Shown in pieces: positions 1 to 8,547 of a DNA stretch of 64,000 bases. The DNA lies in NCBI GenBank assembly GCA_963728335.1, contig CAVSJP010000009.1:5403-69402 (forward strand), given 5' to 3'. A program made the position numbers and the translations under genes. Numbering within the stretch: position 1 is the stretch's first letter; every line of letters starts with the position of its first letter. The DNA is from an uncultured Chloroflexia bacterium (GTDB lineage Bacteria > Chloroflexota > Chloroflexia > Thermomicrobiales > Thermomicrobiaceae). The notes under the pieces are model-generated. The model ran no database searches. It saw only the letters and a program-made list of their open reading frames with translations, and had not been told where the DNA came from.

Positions 1-407
1 CGGGCGGTCAAGTACGGCTCTTCGGTCAGCCACTCGACAATGCGAACGCGACGTAGGCCCTGCACCGCCAGCCGGACTGTTCCATCCGGGACGCGCATCA
101 TCTGGTGAATGTTGGCGGCAGTTCCAATCTCGAACGTCTCACCGGGACCCGCCGCGTCCTGCGTCGAATCCTTTTGAAGCACGAGGGCCACCATGCGATT
201 ACCCGACACGACCTCGTCGATCAAGCGGAGAGATCGCGGCTGACCAGCGGCCAGCGGCACGAGGGTCAGCGGAAATACGACGGTTCCCCGAAGCGGCAGG
301 ACCGGAAGGATGCTTGGAGTCGCCTCTTCTTCCTTCTCGTCCATCTCTTCCATTTCGTCTTCGGGCTCGTCGAATTCGGGCTCGTTGTGTCTAAACTTCT
401 CAACCAT
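1..407 (-). CDS. lon: Lon protease, N-terminal part (partial; runs off the window start)
   Basis: Manual translation of the minus strand from ATG at 407-405 gives MVEKFRHNEPEFDEPEDEMEEMDEKEEEATPSILPVLPLRGTVVFPLTLVPLAAGQPRSLRLIDEVVSGNRMVALVLQKD..., the typical Lon N-terminal substrate-binding domain start. The frame is open to position 1. It is absent from the ORF track because it is truncated. Confidence 0.8.
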   Translation of the reverse strand, partial: MVEKFRHNEPEFDEPEDEMEEMDEKEEEATPSILPVLPLRGTVVFPLTLVPLAAGQPRSLRLIDEVVSGNRMVALVLQKDSTQDAAGPGETFEIGTAANIHQMMRVPDGTVRLAVQGLRRVRIVEWLTEEPYLTA

Positions 408-413
408 GAACTA

Positions 414-878
414 TTACCCCTCCTGCGCTGGAGCAGACGCCTCGACCTCTTTGGGAACGATCCGAGTCGCCTGCGCGCGAGGCAGCGAGACTTTCAGGAA
501 GCCGCCCTCATAGGCCGCCTCCACCTTATCCAAGACAATTGAAAACGGAAGGAAGACCTGCGCCTCGAACGGTCCGTACGCAATGCCCATCTCGTGGTAG
601 GTTCTCTTCTGGGTCGCGGATGGATTCTGACGCGTGCCCGCCACGCGCAGTAACGATTCGTCGACGATGACGCTAATCTCCTCTTCCTGTACACCGGCGA
701 TTTCGACGGTGACCACCAGGCAGTCTTCGCATTCGTAGACTTCGACCGGCGGACGCCAGACGCCAATGTGCGATCGTGATATCGGGCGAACCCCAATAAC
801 CAGCGAGCGGAATACCTGCTCCATGTCTTGCTGGATGCGCCCAGTCTCTCGACTACCGCGCCTGCGCACAATCAGCAT
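414..878 (-). CDS. hsp20: Hsp20/alpha-crystallin family small heat-shock protein
   Basis: 154 aa with an alpha-crystallin domain pattern (WRPPVEVYECEDCLVVTVEIAGV...LLRVAGTR...FEAQVFLPF...AAYEGGFLKVSLPR). The stop lies 6 nt before the lon start. Confidence 0.9.
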   Translation of the reverse strand: MLIVRRRGSRETGRIQQDMEQVFRSLVIGVRPISRSHIGVWRPPVEVYECEDCLVVTVEIAGVQEEEISVIVDESLLRVAGTRQNPSATQKRTYHEMGIAYGPFEAQVFLPFSIVLDKVEAAYEGGFLKVSLPRAQATRIVPKEVEASAPAQEG

Positions 879-1079
879 GAATGATCCTCCGAAAATGCCA
901 TGTTCGTGGCGGATGCGAACGAGCTAGCCGCGTACACAAAATCTTGTTGTCGTTCGCCTCTCAGGTACCGACGTGCACAATACGTGCCGGAAACTCGCCG
1001 GTTCAGCGGCCTGAACCAGTATACCATCAACTATAACTGTTCTACAACAGAATGTGGATGATACTTGACTCGAACTATA

Positions 1080-2000
1080 TCAATGATGAGCGTAGTAGAG
1101 AATCGCCATGGCTGCAATTCCCCAGAGCGCAACGGACGCCAGCAGCGGGCGATCGTCGAGGAGCATCTGCTCCGGCGCTCCGCCGCCATCTTCGCGATGG
1201 ACAAGATAGAGATAGCGAAAGATTCCGTAGAGGACAAACGGAATAGTCAGCATCATGGAATGCGAACTCGGCAGGTTTGGAGCCGAAAACGTGTAGAGCG
1301 AATAGGCCATGATCGTTGCTGCCGCCACGATCATGATGAGGTCGTCGAGGAGCTCCTTCGAGTAGAGTTCGAGGTTCCGGCGATGGGTTCCGGCCGAACC
1401 TTCGAGCAACTGGATCTCATGACGTCGCTTGGCAAAGCCCATGAAGAGTGCCAGAAGCACCAGACAGACGTAAAGCCACGGCGAGAGGGGCACATGAATA
1501 CCGACGGCCCCAGCGGCCGTGCGCAGCAGAAAGCCCGCCGCAATGACGAAGACATCGATTATGACGAGATGCTTGAGAATCAGCGTATAGGAGAGCATCA
1601 TCCCCAGGTAGACGGCCAGCACCAGCGTGAGCCACGGCGTGACCAGGAGTGAGGCGGCCAGGACAAAAGCGGCCAGGAGGCCGGCTGCGCCGAGAGCGGT
1701 CCGCTGGCCCAGTCTCCCCGAAGCTATCGGCCGGTTGCGTTTCTTGGGATGAACACGATCGGCCTCGACGTCGAGCAAGTCGTTGCAAAGGTAGACAACT
1801 CCGCTCGTCAAACAGAACAAACCGGCCGCGACAGTCACGGTCAGCAATGCTTGGAAATGAAGAAACTTGTTGTCGAAGACCAGCGGAGCGAAGACGACGG
1901 CGTTCTTCGTCCATTGTTTCGGTCGAAGCGCTTCAATAAGCGCTCGCGATGACACGAGAATTTGGCGTTGAACCGCGAGTGTAGTTTCCGAGCCCGTCAT
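1080..2000 (-). CDS. UbiA-family prenyltransferase, decaprenyl-phosphate phosphoribosyltransferase-like (Rv3806c type)
   Basis: 306 aa polytopic membrane protein. It carries 'LRPKQWTKN' near the N-terminus, 'NDLLDVEADRVHPKKRNRPIASG' (the Asp-rich UbiA motif) and a C-terminal 'GGAPEQMLLDDRPL'. It is collinear with my recollection of M. tuberculosis UbiA/Rv3806c. Confidence 0.75.
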   Translation of the reverse strand: MTGSETTLAVQRQILVSSRALIEALRPKQWTKNAVVFAPLVFDNKFLHFQALLTVTVAAGLFCLTSGVVYLCNDLLDVEADRVHPKKRNRPIASGRLGQRTALGAAGLLAAFVLAASLLVTPWLTLVLAVYLGMMLSYTLILKHLVIIDVFVIAAGFLLRTAAGAVGIHVPLSPWLYVCLVLLALFMGFAKRRHEIQLLEGSAGTHRRNLELYSKELLDDLIMIVAAATIMAYSLYTFSAPNLPSSHSMMLTIPFVLYGIFRYLYLVHREDGGGAPEQMLLDDRPLLASVALWGIAAMAILYYAHH

Positions 2001-2030
2001 GCGGTTGCCTCCAGCGAACCAGTTCCGTGA

Positions 2031-3830
2031 TTATTGAGCCCCCTCAGGCGCGAGAGCGCTCTCGTGATATTCATTGCCTGCATTCCATAGCATCCAGCCG
2101 GTCGCGCCGAAGTCATTGGACGCGTCGATCTGGCGCTTGACCTCATTTGGACCGTACGCAATCCCCTCTCCCAGAGAGAAGTCCTGAAGCCAGGGCCGAA
2201 GTTTGGCCTTGTCTTGTGGAATACGCTTCTCGCCATTTTGCAGACTCCATAAGATCACCTCATACGGATGATCGTTGGGAATGTCGAACCCCATAGATCC
2301 TGCATAGAAATGCGATGGGTAGACCATAGGACATACGTAATCAAGATGCTTCACGACGGTCTCAAGATTCTGTCCGATGTTCCCATCGCCCGTTTCCCAC
2401 AACGTCAACCCAAAGACGTCAGCGGCGAGGTACGTCTTTGTTGGAGCAATCGCATCATACATCTCGGTCAGAAAATCGCCGATCGCCTTGGGGCGCGTTT
2501 GGTCGTTGTGCGGAACTCCGTACTCAGCCTGGTCCATCGGACCGTCGGTCGGGAAGCGAATGTAGTCGAGCTGGATTTCGTCGAACCCGAAGCCCGCCGC
2601 CTCCTTGGCGATGGCGACGTCGTAATCCCAGACCTCTTTGCGATGCGCGTTGACCCAGGCCAGACCGTTCCAGGTGCGCCAGAGCCCACCCGTGCTCGAG
2701 TCGTGAATCGCCCAATCAGGCCTCGCCTCGGCCAGGATCGGATCTTCAAACACGACGATACGCGCGATGGCATAGATGTGATGCTCGTGAAGGTTCTTTA
2801 CCAGCGCCGCTGGATCGAGTTCCGGCGCAGCCGCGCCAATTTCATGTGCCAGCGGAACCTTCGTGTCGTAGAAGATGTGTCCGCTACTGTCCTTGAGATC
2901 GACAACCATTGCGTCGACCTCGGTGGTGTCCGCTATTTTGATTAAAGGATCGAACAGTTCCGGGTCGCTGGCCGTGTTTGCGGTCGCATAGATGGCCTTA
3001 ATGTGAATCGGCGTGAGCGATGCGTCAATGCGCAATGTTGGATCGACCGGTTTCGAGATCGCGACAAAACCGGGCGCCTTGAAATAGACGATATCCGTAT
3101 CGCCGACCCCTGCGAGCCTGTAGGTACCGTCGTCACCGGCGTTCGTGTATGTCGTGCCGGCGGCAACGACGGCGCCAGCGATTGGGTGGCCCTGGTCGTC
3201 GGTGACCGTGCCGACAAGTACGTCGGGCTTGAGCTGAACGTCGAGCGTCGTCTGCCGGTCAACGGTTCGACTGAGCCCGGCGAAATCGGGAGATTTGAAC
3301 GAGATCGACGCGCCCTGCGGGACGTCGCGGAAACTGTAGGTTCCCGAGTTGTCCGTTGTGGTGGTCGCGATCTCCGCGGAGCCGTTCATGAGCGTCACGG
3401 TGACACCAGAGATCGGCTTGTCATCGGCGGTACTGATCACCTTGCCAGAGACCACGTTCGGGCGGAGCGTGAGGTGAACGGAGCTGGTCGACGACGTGAC
3501 CGTCGCCTGTGCCTGTTCGTAACCGTCCTTCTTCGCTATCACTTGCTGCACGTTGCCATCGATTTTGAAGTGGCCCGAGGCATCCGTTGTCGCCGTCTTT
3601 TGGTCCGCCAGAATCGAGACATCCGGGATTGGCGTAAGGGTGTACGCGTTGACAACGATGCCGGAGACGCTCGGCCGGTTGAGGAGCACCTCATAGCCAA
3701 TGGTGCCGAGAGCGGCGATAACAGCGACGACAAGCACGACACTAAATCGCCAACTGACCGGTTGGCGCCGACGGCGCTGAACCTGTCCGAACGGAGAATC
3801 GCTATCGAGCACGCATGTCCTCCCGAGCAC
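2031..3830 (-). CDS. Membrane-anchored putative glycoside hydrolase (GH-like TIM barrel, DUF4015/COG1306 type) with CarboxypepD_reg-like repeats
   Basis: The C-terminal ~330 aa carry 'IYAIARIVVFEDP', 'WVNAHRKEVWDYDVAIAKEAAGFGFDEIQLDYIRFP' and 'DYVCPMVYPSHF'. They are preceded by a TM helix (VVLVVAVIAALGTIGY) and three beta-sandwich repeats (TDASGHFKI / DNSGTYSF / GDDGTYRL). The track ORF runs to 4559, but that part overlaps the polyprenyl synthase gene. In-frame GTG at 3830 or 3812 is the likely start. Confidence 0.7.
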   Translation of the reverse strand: MLGRTCVLDSDSPFGQVQRRRRQPVSWRFSVVLVVAVIAALGTIGYEVLLNRPSVSGIVVNAYTLTPIPDVSILADQKTATTDASGHFKIDGNVQQVIAKKDGYEQAQATVTSSTSSVHLTLRPNVVSGKVISTADDKPISGVTVTLMNGSAEIATTTTDNSGTYSFRDVPQGASISFKSPDFAGLSRTVDRQTTLDVQLKPDVLVGTVTDDQGHPIAGAVVAAGTTYTNAGDDGTYRLAGVGDTDIVYFKAPGFVAISKPVDPTLRIDASLTPIHIKAIYATANTASDPELFDPLIKIADTTEVDAMVVDLKDSSGHIFYDTKVPLAHEIGAAAPELDPAALVKNLHEHHIYAIARIVVFEDPILAEARPDWAIHDSSTGGLWRTWNGLAWVNAHRKEVWDYDVAIAKEAAGFGFDEIQLDYIRFPTDGPMDQAEYGVPHNDQTRPKAIGDFLTEMYDAIAPTKTYLAADVFGLTLWETGDGNIGQNLETVVKHLDYVCPMVYPSHFYAGSMGFDIPNDHPYEVILWSLQNGEKRIPQDKAKLRPWLQDFSLGEGIAYGPNEVKRQIDASNDFGATGWMLWNAGNEYHESALAPEGAQ

Positions 3831-4160
3831 GGTAGAGCATCTCGTTGTCCGGTCTGCCGTGTTCGCAGACAGCCGCGTCACAAGGGCGCACCCGCGCAAA
3901 CCTGCTGCAAGTGCCTCCGGTACCACTGGCCGTTCACGCACTGTGGCTGTCAAGCGTCGGGCAGAGTATGCCACACGTGCCCTGATGACAAGATCACCAA
4001 CCGTAGAGCGCAACACAGGTCCGAACAATGCCGGCTTGTTCCGGCACTCATCCGCTAATTGACCCTGCGCAACGCACACTCGTATAATGCGCGTGCGTGC
4101 AGCGGGCGACAACCGCTGCAAGGGCGCACCTCCGCGCGGCAAAGTGATTGGTTGGTTGCA

Positions 4161-5141
4161 TTGGATTTCGCCGATGTCCTCGCGACGATGCGCCCGGATC
4201 TCGAAGAGGTCGAGCGCAGACTGCGACGTGAAGTTGACGTCGATTACCCCTTTATCGGTGAAGTTCTCGACGGCCTGATCGCTGCTGGAGGCAAGCGTCT
4301 CCGTCCCCTCATGCTCCTGCTCGCCGCCAGACCGTTCGATTACGATCTGGAGCGTTTGCTCCCAGCGGCAGCTGGAGTTGAGCTGCTCCACACAGCGTCG
4401 CTGATTCACGACGACACGGTCGACCACGCAGAAGTCCGCCGTGGGCGGCCAACCCTCAACACGCTCATCAGCACTGAAGCGGTCATCCTCTTTGGCGATT
4501 ACATCTTTGCACGCGCGGCCATGCTCGCGGCGGAGACGATGAGCCCACGGGTCGTCCACGTCTTTGCCAGCACTCTCGGAGACATCTGCGACGGTGAGTT
4601 GCGCGAGATCTTTACGGCGCGCGAGCTCGGCCAGTCGCTGGACGACTACAATCGCCGCATCTACGGAAAGACCGCCGCCCTCTTTGCCGGCTCGGCTGAG
4701 ATGGGCGCCATCCTCGGCAACGCGAGTGACGAGTCGGTGACTGCCATGCGTAAGTTTGGCGAGAATGTGGGCATGGCTTTCCAGATCGTCGATGACGTGC
4801 TCGATCTACGGGAGTCGACCAGCCAGATCGGAAAACCGGCAGGGCTCGACCTCCGCCAGGGAACCGTCACGCTCCCTACGATGCTTTTCTTCGAACATGA
4901 CGGCAACGACGGGGCAAAGACTGAGATCGTTCGCCGGGCGGTTGGGGGCAACGGAGCGACCGACGATGACTACATGATGGCAACGGCGGTTATCCGCGAA
5001 TCTGGCGCGCTCGAGCGCTCGCTTGCCGTCGCCGCGCGGTACGTTGACGACGCCAAGAACGAACTGCGGGGAATTGCCCGCTGCGAATCACGTGAGATGC
5101 TCGAGTCGCTCGCCGACGAGGCTCTGCACCGGTCCCGCTAA
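4161..5141 (+). CDS. Polyprenyl diphosphate synthase (hepta/octaprenyl type, trans-IPPS)
   Basis: Both Asp-rich motifs are present ('LIHDDTVD', 'FQIVDDVLD'), as is 'GKRLRP'. The start is ambiguous: TTG 4152/4161 or ATG 4188. The track start at 4059 overlaps the neighbouring gene. Confidence 0.85.
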   Translation: MDFADVLATMRPDLEEVERRLRREVDVDYPFIGEVLDGLIAAGGKRLRPLMLLLAARPFDYDLERLLPAAAGVELLHTASLIHDDTVDHAEVRRGRPTLNTLISTEAVILFGDYIFARAAMLAAETMSPRVVHVFASTLGDICDGELREIFTARELGQSLDDYNRRIYGKTAALFAGSAEMGAILGNASDESVTAMRKFGENVGMAFQIVDDVLDLRESTSQIGKPAGLDLRQGTVTLPTMLFFEHDGNDGAKTEIVRRAVGGNGATDDDYMMATAVIRESGALERSLAVAARYVDDAKNELRGIARCESREMLESLADEALHRSR

Positions 5142-5147
5142 TATAGA

Positions 5148-5735
5148 CTACATTGCAATCAGGCTGCGCTCGTACATTCGGTCGAAGAGCCGATCCCACA
5201 GAGACGCACCTGGTGCGATCTCCTCAAATGAGTTCGCAAGTTCCTGCGGCATCGACGGACTGATTAGAATCGTCGCTAGTCGCTGATTGTAGCGACGTCC
5301 GATTGTCTCCTCCAGAAACTCGAGTTCATGGTCATGGGTCGGCTTGAGTCCACTCAGGATAAGAAGATCCGAGGCGACCAGCCGGACCATGTGTTCTCGG
5401 GAGACGCGGGACGCGATATCGAACTCCGCTTTAGCTTTGCCTTCCAACGATTCCGGCTCGGCGATCGACTGGAGCTCAACACCAACCATGTACGAGTTGA
5501 GCGAGAACTCGCGCCAGGGGATGAGGTAGGACGACAGAAATGGGCCGAGTTCACGCAGACGAGTCGCGATAAACGCCGTAATGCGAGCAGCACGCGAGCC
5601 GGAGGCGTTGAAGATGAACCAGCCCGTTCCTGCTCTGAGGTTCAGATCGATCGCATCGAAGTACTGCGTTAGCCTGGTGAAGAGATCGAGATCCTGCAGC
5701 GGCACCATGTCCCATTGATCACGCCGTTCGATCAT
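5148..5735 (-). CDS. Hypothetical protein, DnaC/IstB-like AAA+ fold with degenerate Walker A/B motifs
   Basis: 195 aa. 'GWFIFNASGSRAARITAFIA' sits where the P-loop (GxxGxGKT) is expected. 'DLLILSGL' sits where Walker B (DLLIxDD) is expected. 'LEETIGRRYNQRLATILISPS' resembles the DnaC/IstB 'L..li..Ry....ptiiTSN' segment. Confidence 0.55.
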   Translation of the reverse strand: MIERRDQWDMVPLQDLDLFTRLTQYFDAIDLNLRAGTGWFIFNASGSRAARITAFIATRLRELGPFLSSYLIPWREFSLNSYMVGVELQSIAEPESLEGKAKAEFDIASRVSREHMVRLVASDLLILSGLKPTHDHELEFLEETIGRRYNQRLATILISPSMPQELANSFEEIAPGASLWDRLFDRMYERSLIAM

Positions 5736-5870
5736 GTGTGGCTACCTCCGTAGCACTGTTCTCACGCAACGCTGATGCAGTCAATTTTACTCCTCCAGGT
5801 CCGCTGCCTTCGGTGCCAGGACACTTTTGCCGAAGGTATCGTCATTGTCTTCTCCGGCGGTAAGGACCAG

Positions 5871-6794
5871 CTATCCGAGCGACAGTGTCGACGAGAAGAG
5901 GTCAAGAAAATCGTCCGTCTTCACCTCGAGCGCGACCTGGTGCGGCGGACCTCCCGGCTGCTCGACCATAACAGTACGTCCGGTGACCTCCCCAATTCCG
6001 GTCTCAACCGTCACTGAGCAGGTCTCGGTTGAGACAAGGTCAGGAAACGCGGCTACACCGACGGCGAGTGGATCATGCAGCGGGAACTCCAGACGACCGC
6101 GCGTCACAAACGTGCGCCGCAGCAGTGCATGGATCAATCGGGCGTCACTCCCCTCATTCTGTGCCAGGCGCTCCCAACGCTCTCGGCTGAATGGGGCGCG
6201 GTGCGTGACATCGAGCGGAACGAACGTGATCGGCAGGTCGCTATTGGCCACAATCGCGGCCGCCTCAGGATCGGCCCAGATGTTGTACTCGGCAAAGCGA
6301 GTCGTGTTGCCGGGGCAGCGGAAGGCGCCACCCATGATGACGACACGTTTGACCAAACGCGGCAGGTTTGGCTCGAGACCAAGCGCGACCGCGATATTCG
6401 TCAGCGGCGCGACTGCGACCAATGTGATCTCGCCCGGACGCTCCCGGACCGTTTTGACGATGTATTCAGCTGCGGTCATGGACGACTCTCGCACGGTCGC
6501 TTCCGGCAATTCAGCGTCACCAAGACCACTTTCACCGTGATAGAGCGAGGCATCGTTATAGGCGCGGGCAAGCGGACGGCTCATGCCACGATACACCGGA
6601 ACCGACGATGCCCCGACGGCTTGAAGCACGCGCAGTGAGTTATCGGTCGTCCGATCGACGTTGACGTTGCCCGCCACGGTGGTGATGCCGAGCAAATCCA
6701 ACTGCGGCAGCCGGACGGCCAGGGCGATGGCGGCCGCATCGTCGACCCCCGTGTCTACGTCCATGATGATCGGCAGCACCGGAGTCTCACTCAC
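5871..6794 (-). CDS. Nucleoside hydrolase (inosine/uridine-preferring, IUNH family)
   Basis: N-terminal 'IIMDVDTGVDDAAAIALA' (DxDxxxDD Ca-binding motif), 307 aa, and collinear family features ('VAVAPLTNIA', 'HDPLAV'). Confidence 0.85.
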   Translation of the reverse strand: MSETPVLPIIMDVDTGVDDAAAIALAVRLPQLDLLGITTVAGNVNVDRTTDNSLRVLQAVGASSVPVYRGMSRPLARAYNDASLYHGESGLGDAELPEATVRESSMTAAEYIVKTVRERPGEITLVAVAPLTNIAVALGLEPNLPRLVKRVVIMGGAFRCPGNTTRFAEYNIWADPEAAAIVANSDLPITFVPLDVTHRAPFSRERWERLAQNEGSDARLIHALLRRTFVTRGRLEFPLHDPLAVGVAAFPDLVSTETCSVTVETGIGEVTGRTVMVEQPGGPPHQVALEVKTDDFLDLFSSTLSLG

Positions 6795-6909
6795 GCTTCT
6801 CGCTCCTCAATACGCAGGTGGTTTCCCCACCCCTGTGATTGACGAGGACTATAGCAGGATCACGCGTGGTCGGAAACCACATTAGATCACTCTGCTATAC
6901 TCGATCCCC

Positions 6910-8535
6910 ATGAACGTACGTCTCCAAATCTCCCGGCGAATCACGCTCGCGGCTCTCATTGTTCTCGCTTCCGTCTCGCCACTCGTGGCACTTCCGACCA
7001 CCACTGCCCGCGCGGCACCGACGCTCGGATACCACATCGAGCCGGCCATGACATCGTCGTCGGAATCTGGGCAGACTGCACTTCACGCTTCGGGCTCAGT
7101 GATCGTCTGGCAAGACAGCCGCACCGGCACGCCCGACGTCTATGCCTACGATCTCGCGGACAGCAGAGAGTTTAGAGTCGGTAGGTCTCCTGCCTATCGT
7201 ACCGATCCGTCGATCGACGGCTCACGCGTCATCTGGATCGAGGGCGCAAATCCGTTGCAGCGCACGATCACCGGCTACGATCTCTCGCAAGCCAGTCCAG
7301 TCATCGTGACGGCGAAGCCGGGCCAGGTGGCCGACCCGACCATTTCCGGTGACAACGTCGTCTGGCGGCAACACACGGACCGCGGATGGCAGGTTGACGT
7401 CAAGAATCTCGTCACCGGCGAAATTTCCGAGCTTCCAGCCGCGTCCACTAGCCAGGCTAACCCCGTCATCAGCGGTGAGAACGTGGTCTGGCAGGCCTGG
7501 GTGGATGGCAGGTGGACGTTGATCCAATTCAATCTCAAATCGAGCTCGTCCGCGGTCATCTCGTCGTCCAACGGCGATGAAACGGACCCTGCACTCAGCG
7601 GGAACGACCTGGTATTTCTCCGGAGTCCGCAGGCAGGCGGCCCCGCACAGCTGATCGACCGGGACTTGTCCACCGGACACGAACAGACAATCGTGTCCGA
7701 CCACGTGGTCACGCAGCCCTCGGTCAGTGAGGGCGTCATCGCCTGGGAGGATTGGCGCACCGGGCTGCCGGATATCTATGCCTACGATCTGAAGAGCCAG
7801 GTCATGTACGCGGTTGTCCGGTCGCAGCAGGCGTTCAGCCCCGCGGTGTCAGAGCGAGCCATTGCCTGGATCAGCCGCTCCGATCTCATGCACGGTCGCG
7901 TCCAGGCCGTTTCGATGGTACCGCGGCTTCCAACCGATCCACAGGAACCTCCAGCCGTTCCATCACCTGACAACGTCTATTTCACGCAGACCAAACACTT
8001 CATGTCGGCCGGATTCAAGACGTTCTGGCAGTCTCACGGCGCCGCGGAGATCCTTGGGTATCCGTTGACCGAAGAGTTTTCAGAGACCGATCCATCAAGC
8101 GGAGAACAGATCACCGTGCAATACCTTCAGCGGGCAAAGCTCGAGTACCGCGCGAGCGCACCGGAAGGAACGAAGATAACCGTCGCGCGACTCGGCGCCA
8201 TCCTGACCGCCGACCGGCATTTTGCGCGCGTTGATCCCGTTGCTGAGTCCGCCGATCTCCAGTACTTCCCGGAGACTGGACATACCATCGCCTTTGGCTT
8301 CAAGAAGTTCTGGGCCGCAAACGGCGGGCTGGACGCGTTTGGCTTTCCCATCAGCGAGGAATTCACGGAGAACGGTCGCACCGTGCAGTACTTTGAGCGC
8401 GCCCGGTTTGAATTCAACCCGAACTCCGACAACCCGGACTACAAGGTTACGCTCGGGTTACTCGGGCAAGAGGCGCTGGAGCGCATGGGCTGGTTGCCCC
8501 TTCCACCGGTCGACACGACAGAACTCGTCCCTTAG
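6910..8535 (+). CDS. Secreted protein: 7 beta-propeller-like repeats plus two C-terminal LGFP-like repeats
   Basis: Signal peptide (RRITLAALIVLASVSPLVALPTTTARA). Seven ~47-aa repeats each contain 'G..V(I)VW...' followed by '..Y.YDL'. Two C-terminal modules read 'FKTFWQSHGAAEILGYPLTEEF...VQYLQRAKLEY' and 'FKKFWAANGGLDAFGFPISEEF...VQYFERARFEF'. Confidence 0.75.
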   Translation: MNVRLQISRRITLAALIVLASVSPLVALPTTTARAAPTLGYHIEPAMTSSSESGQTALHASGSVIVWQDSRTGTPDVYAYDLADSREFRVGRSPAYRTDPSIDGSRVIWIEGANPLQRTITGYDLSQASPVIVTAKPGQVADPTISGDNVVWRQHTDRGWQVDVKNLVTGEISELPAASTSQANPVISGENVVWQAWVDGRWTLIQFNLKSSSSAVISSSNGDETDPALSGNDLVFLRSPQAGGPAQLIDRDLSTGHEQTIVSDHVVTQPSVSEGVIAWEDWRTGLPDIYAYDLKSQVMYAVVRSQQAFSPAVSERAIAWISRSDLMHGRVQAVSMVPRLPTDPQEPPAVPSPDNVYFTQTKHFMSAGFKTFWQSHGAAEILGYPLTEEFSETDPSSGEQITVQYLQRAKLEYRASAPEGTKITVARLGAILTADRHFARVDPVAESADLQYFPETGHTIAFGFKKFWAANGGLDAFGFPISEEFTENGRTVQYFERARFEFNPNSDNPDYKVTLGLLGQEALERMGWLPLPPVDTTELVP

Positions 8536-8547
8536 CCCGGGGCGGGA

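Noticed and set aside
3831-4559. N-terminal 243-aa extension of track ORF 2031-4559(-)
   Set aside because: It overlaps the well-supported polyprenyl synthase gene on the other strand and has no membrane or domain features. The TM anchor and domains start just after in-frame GTGs at 3830/3812.
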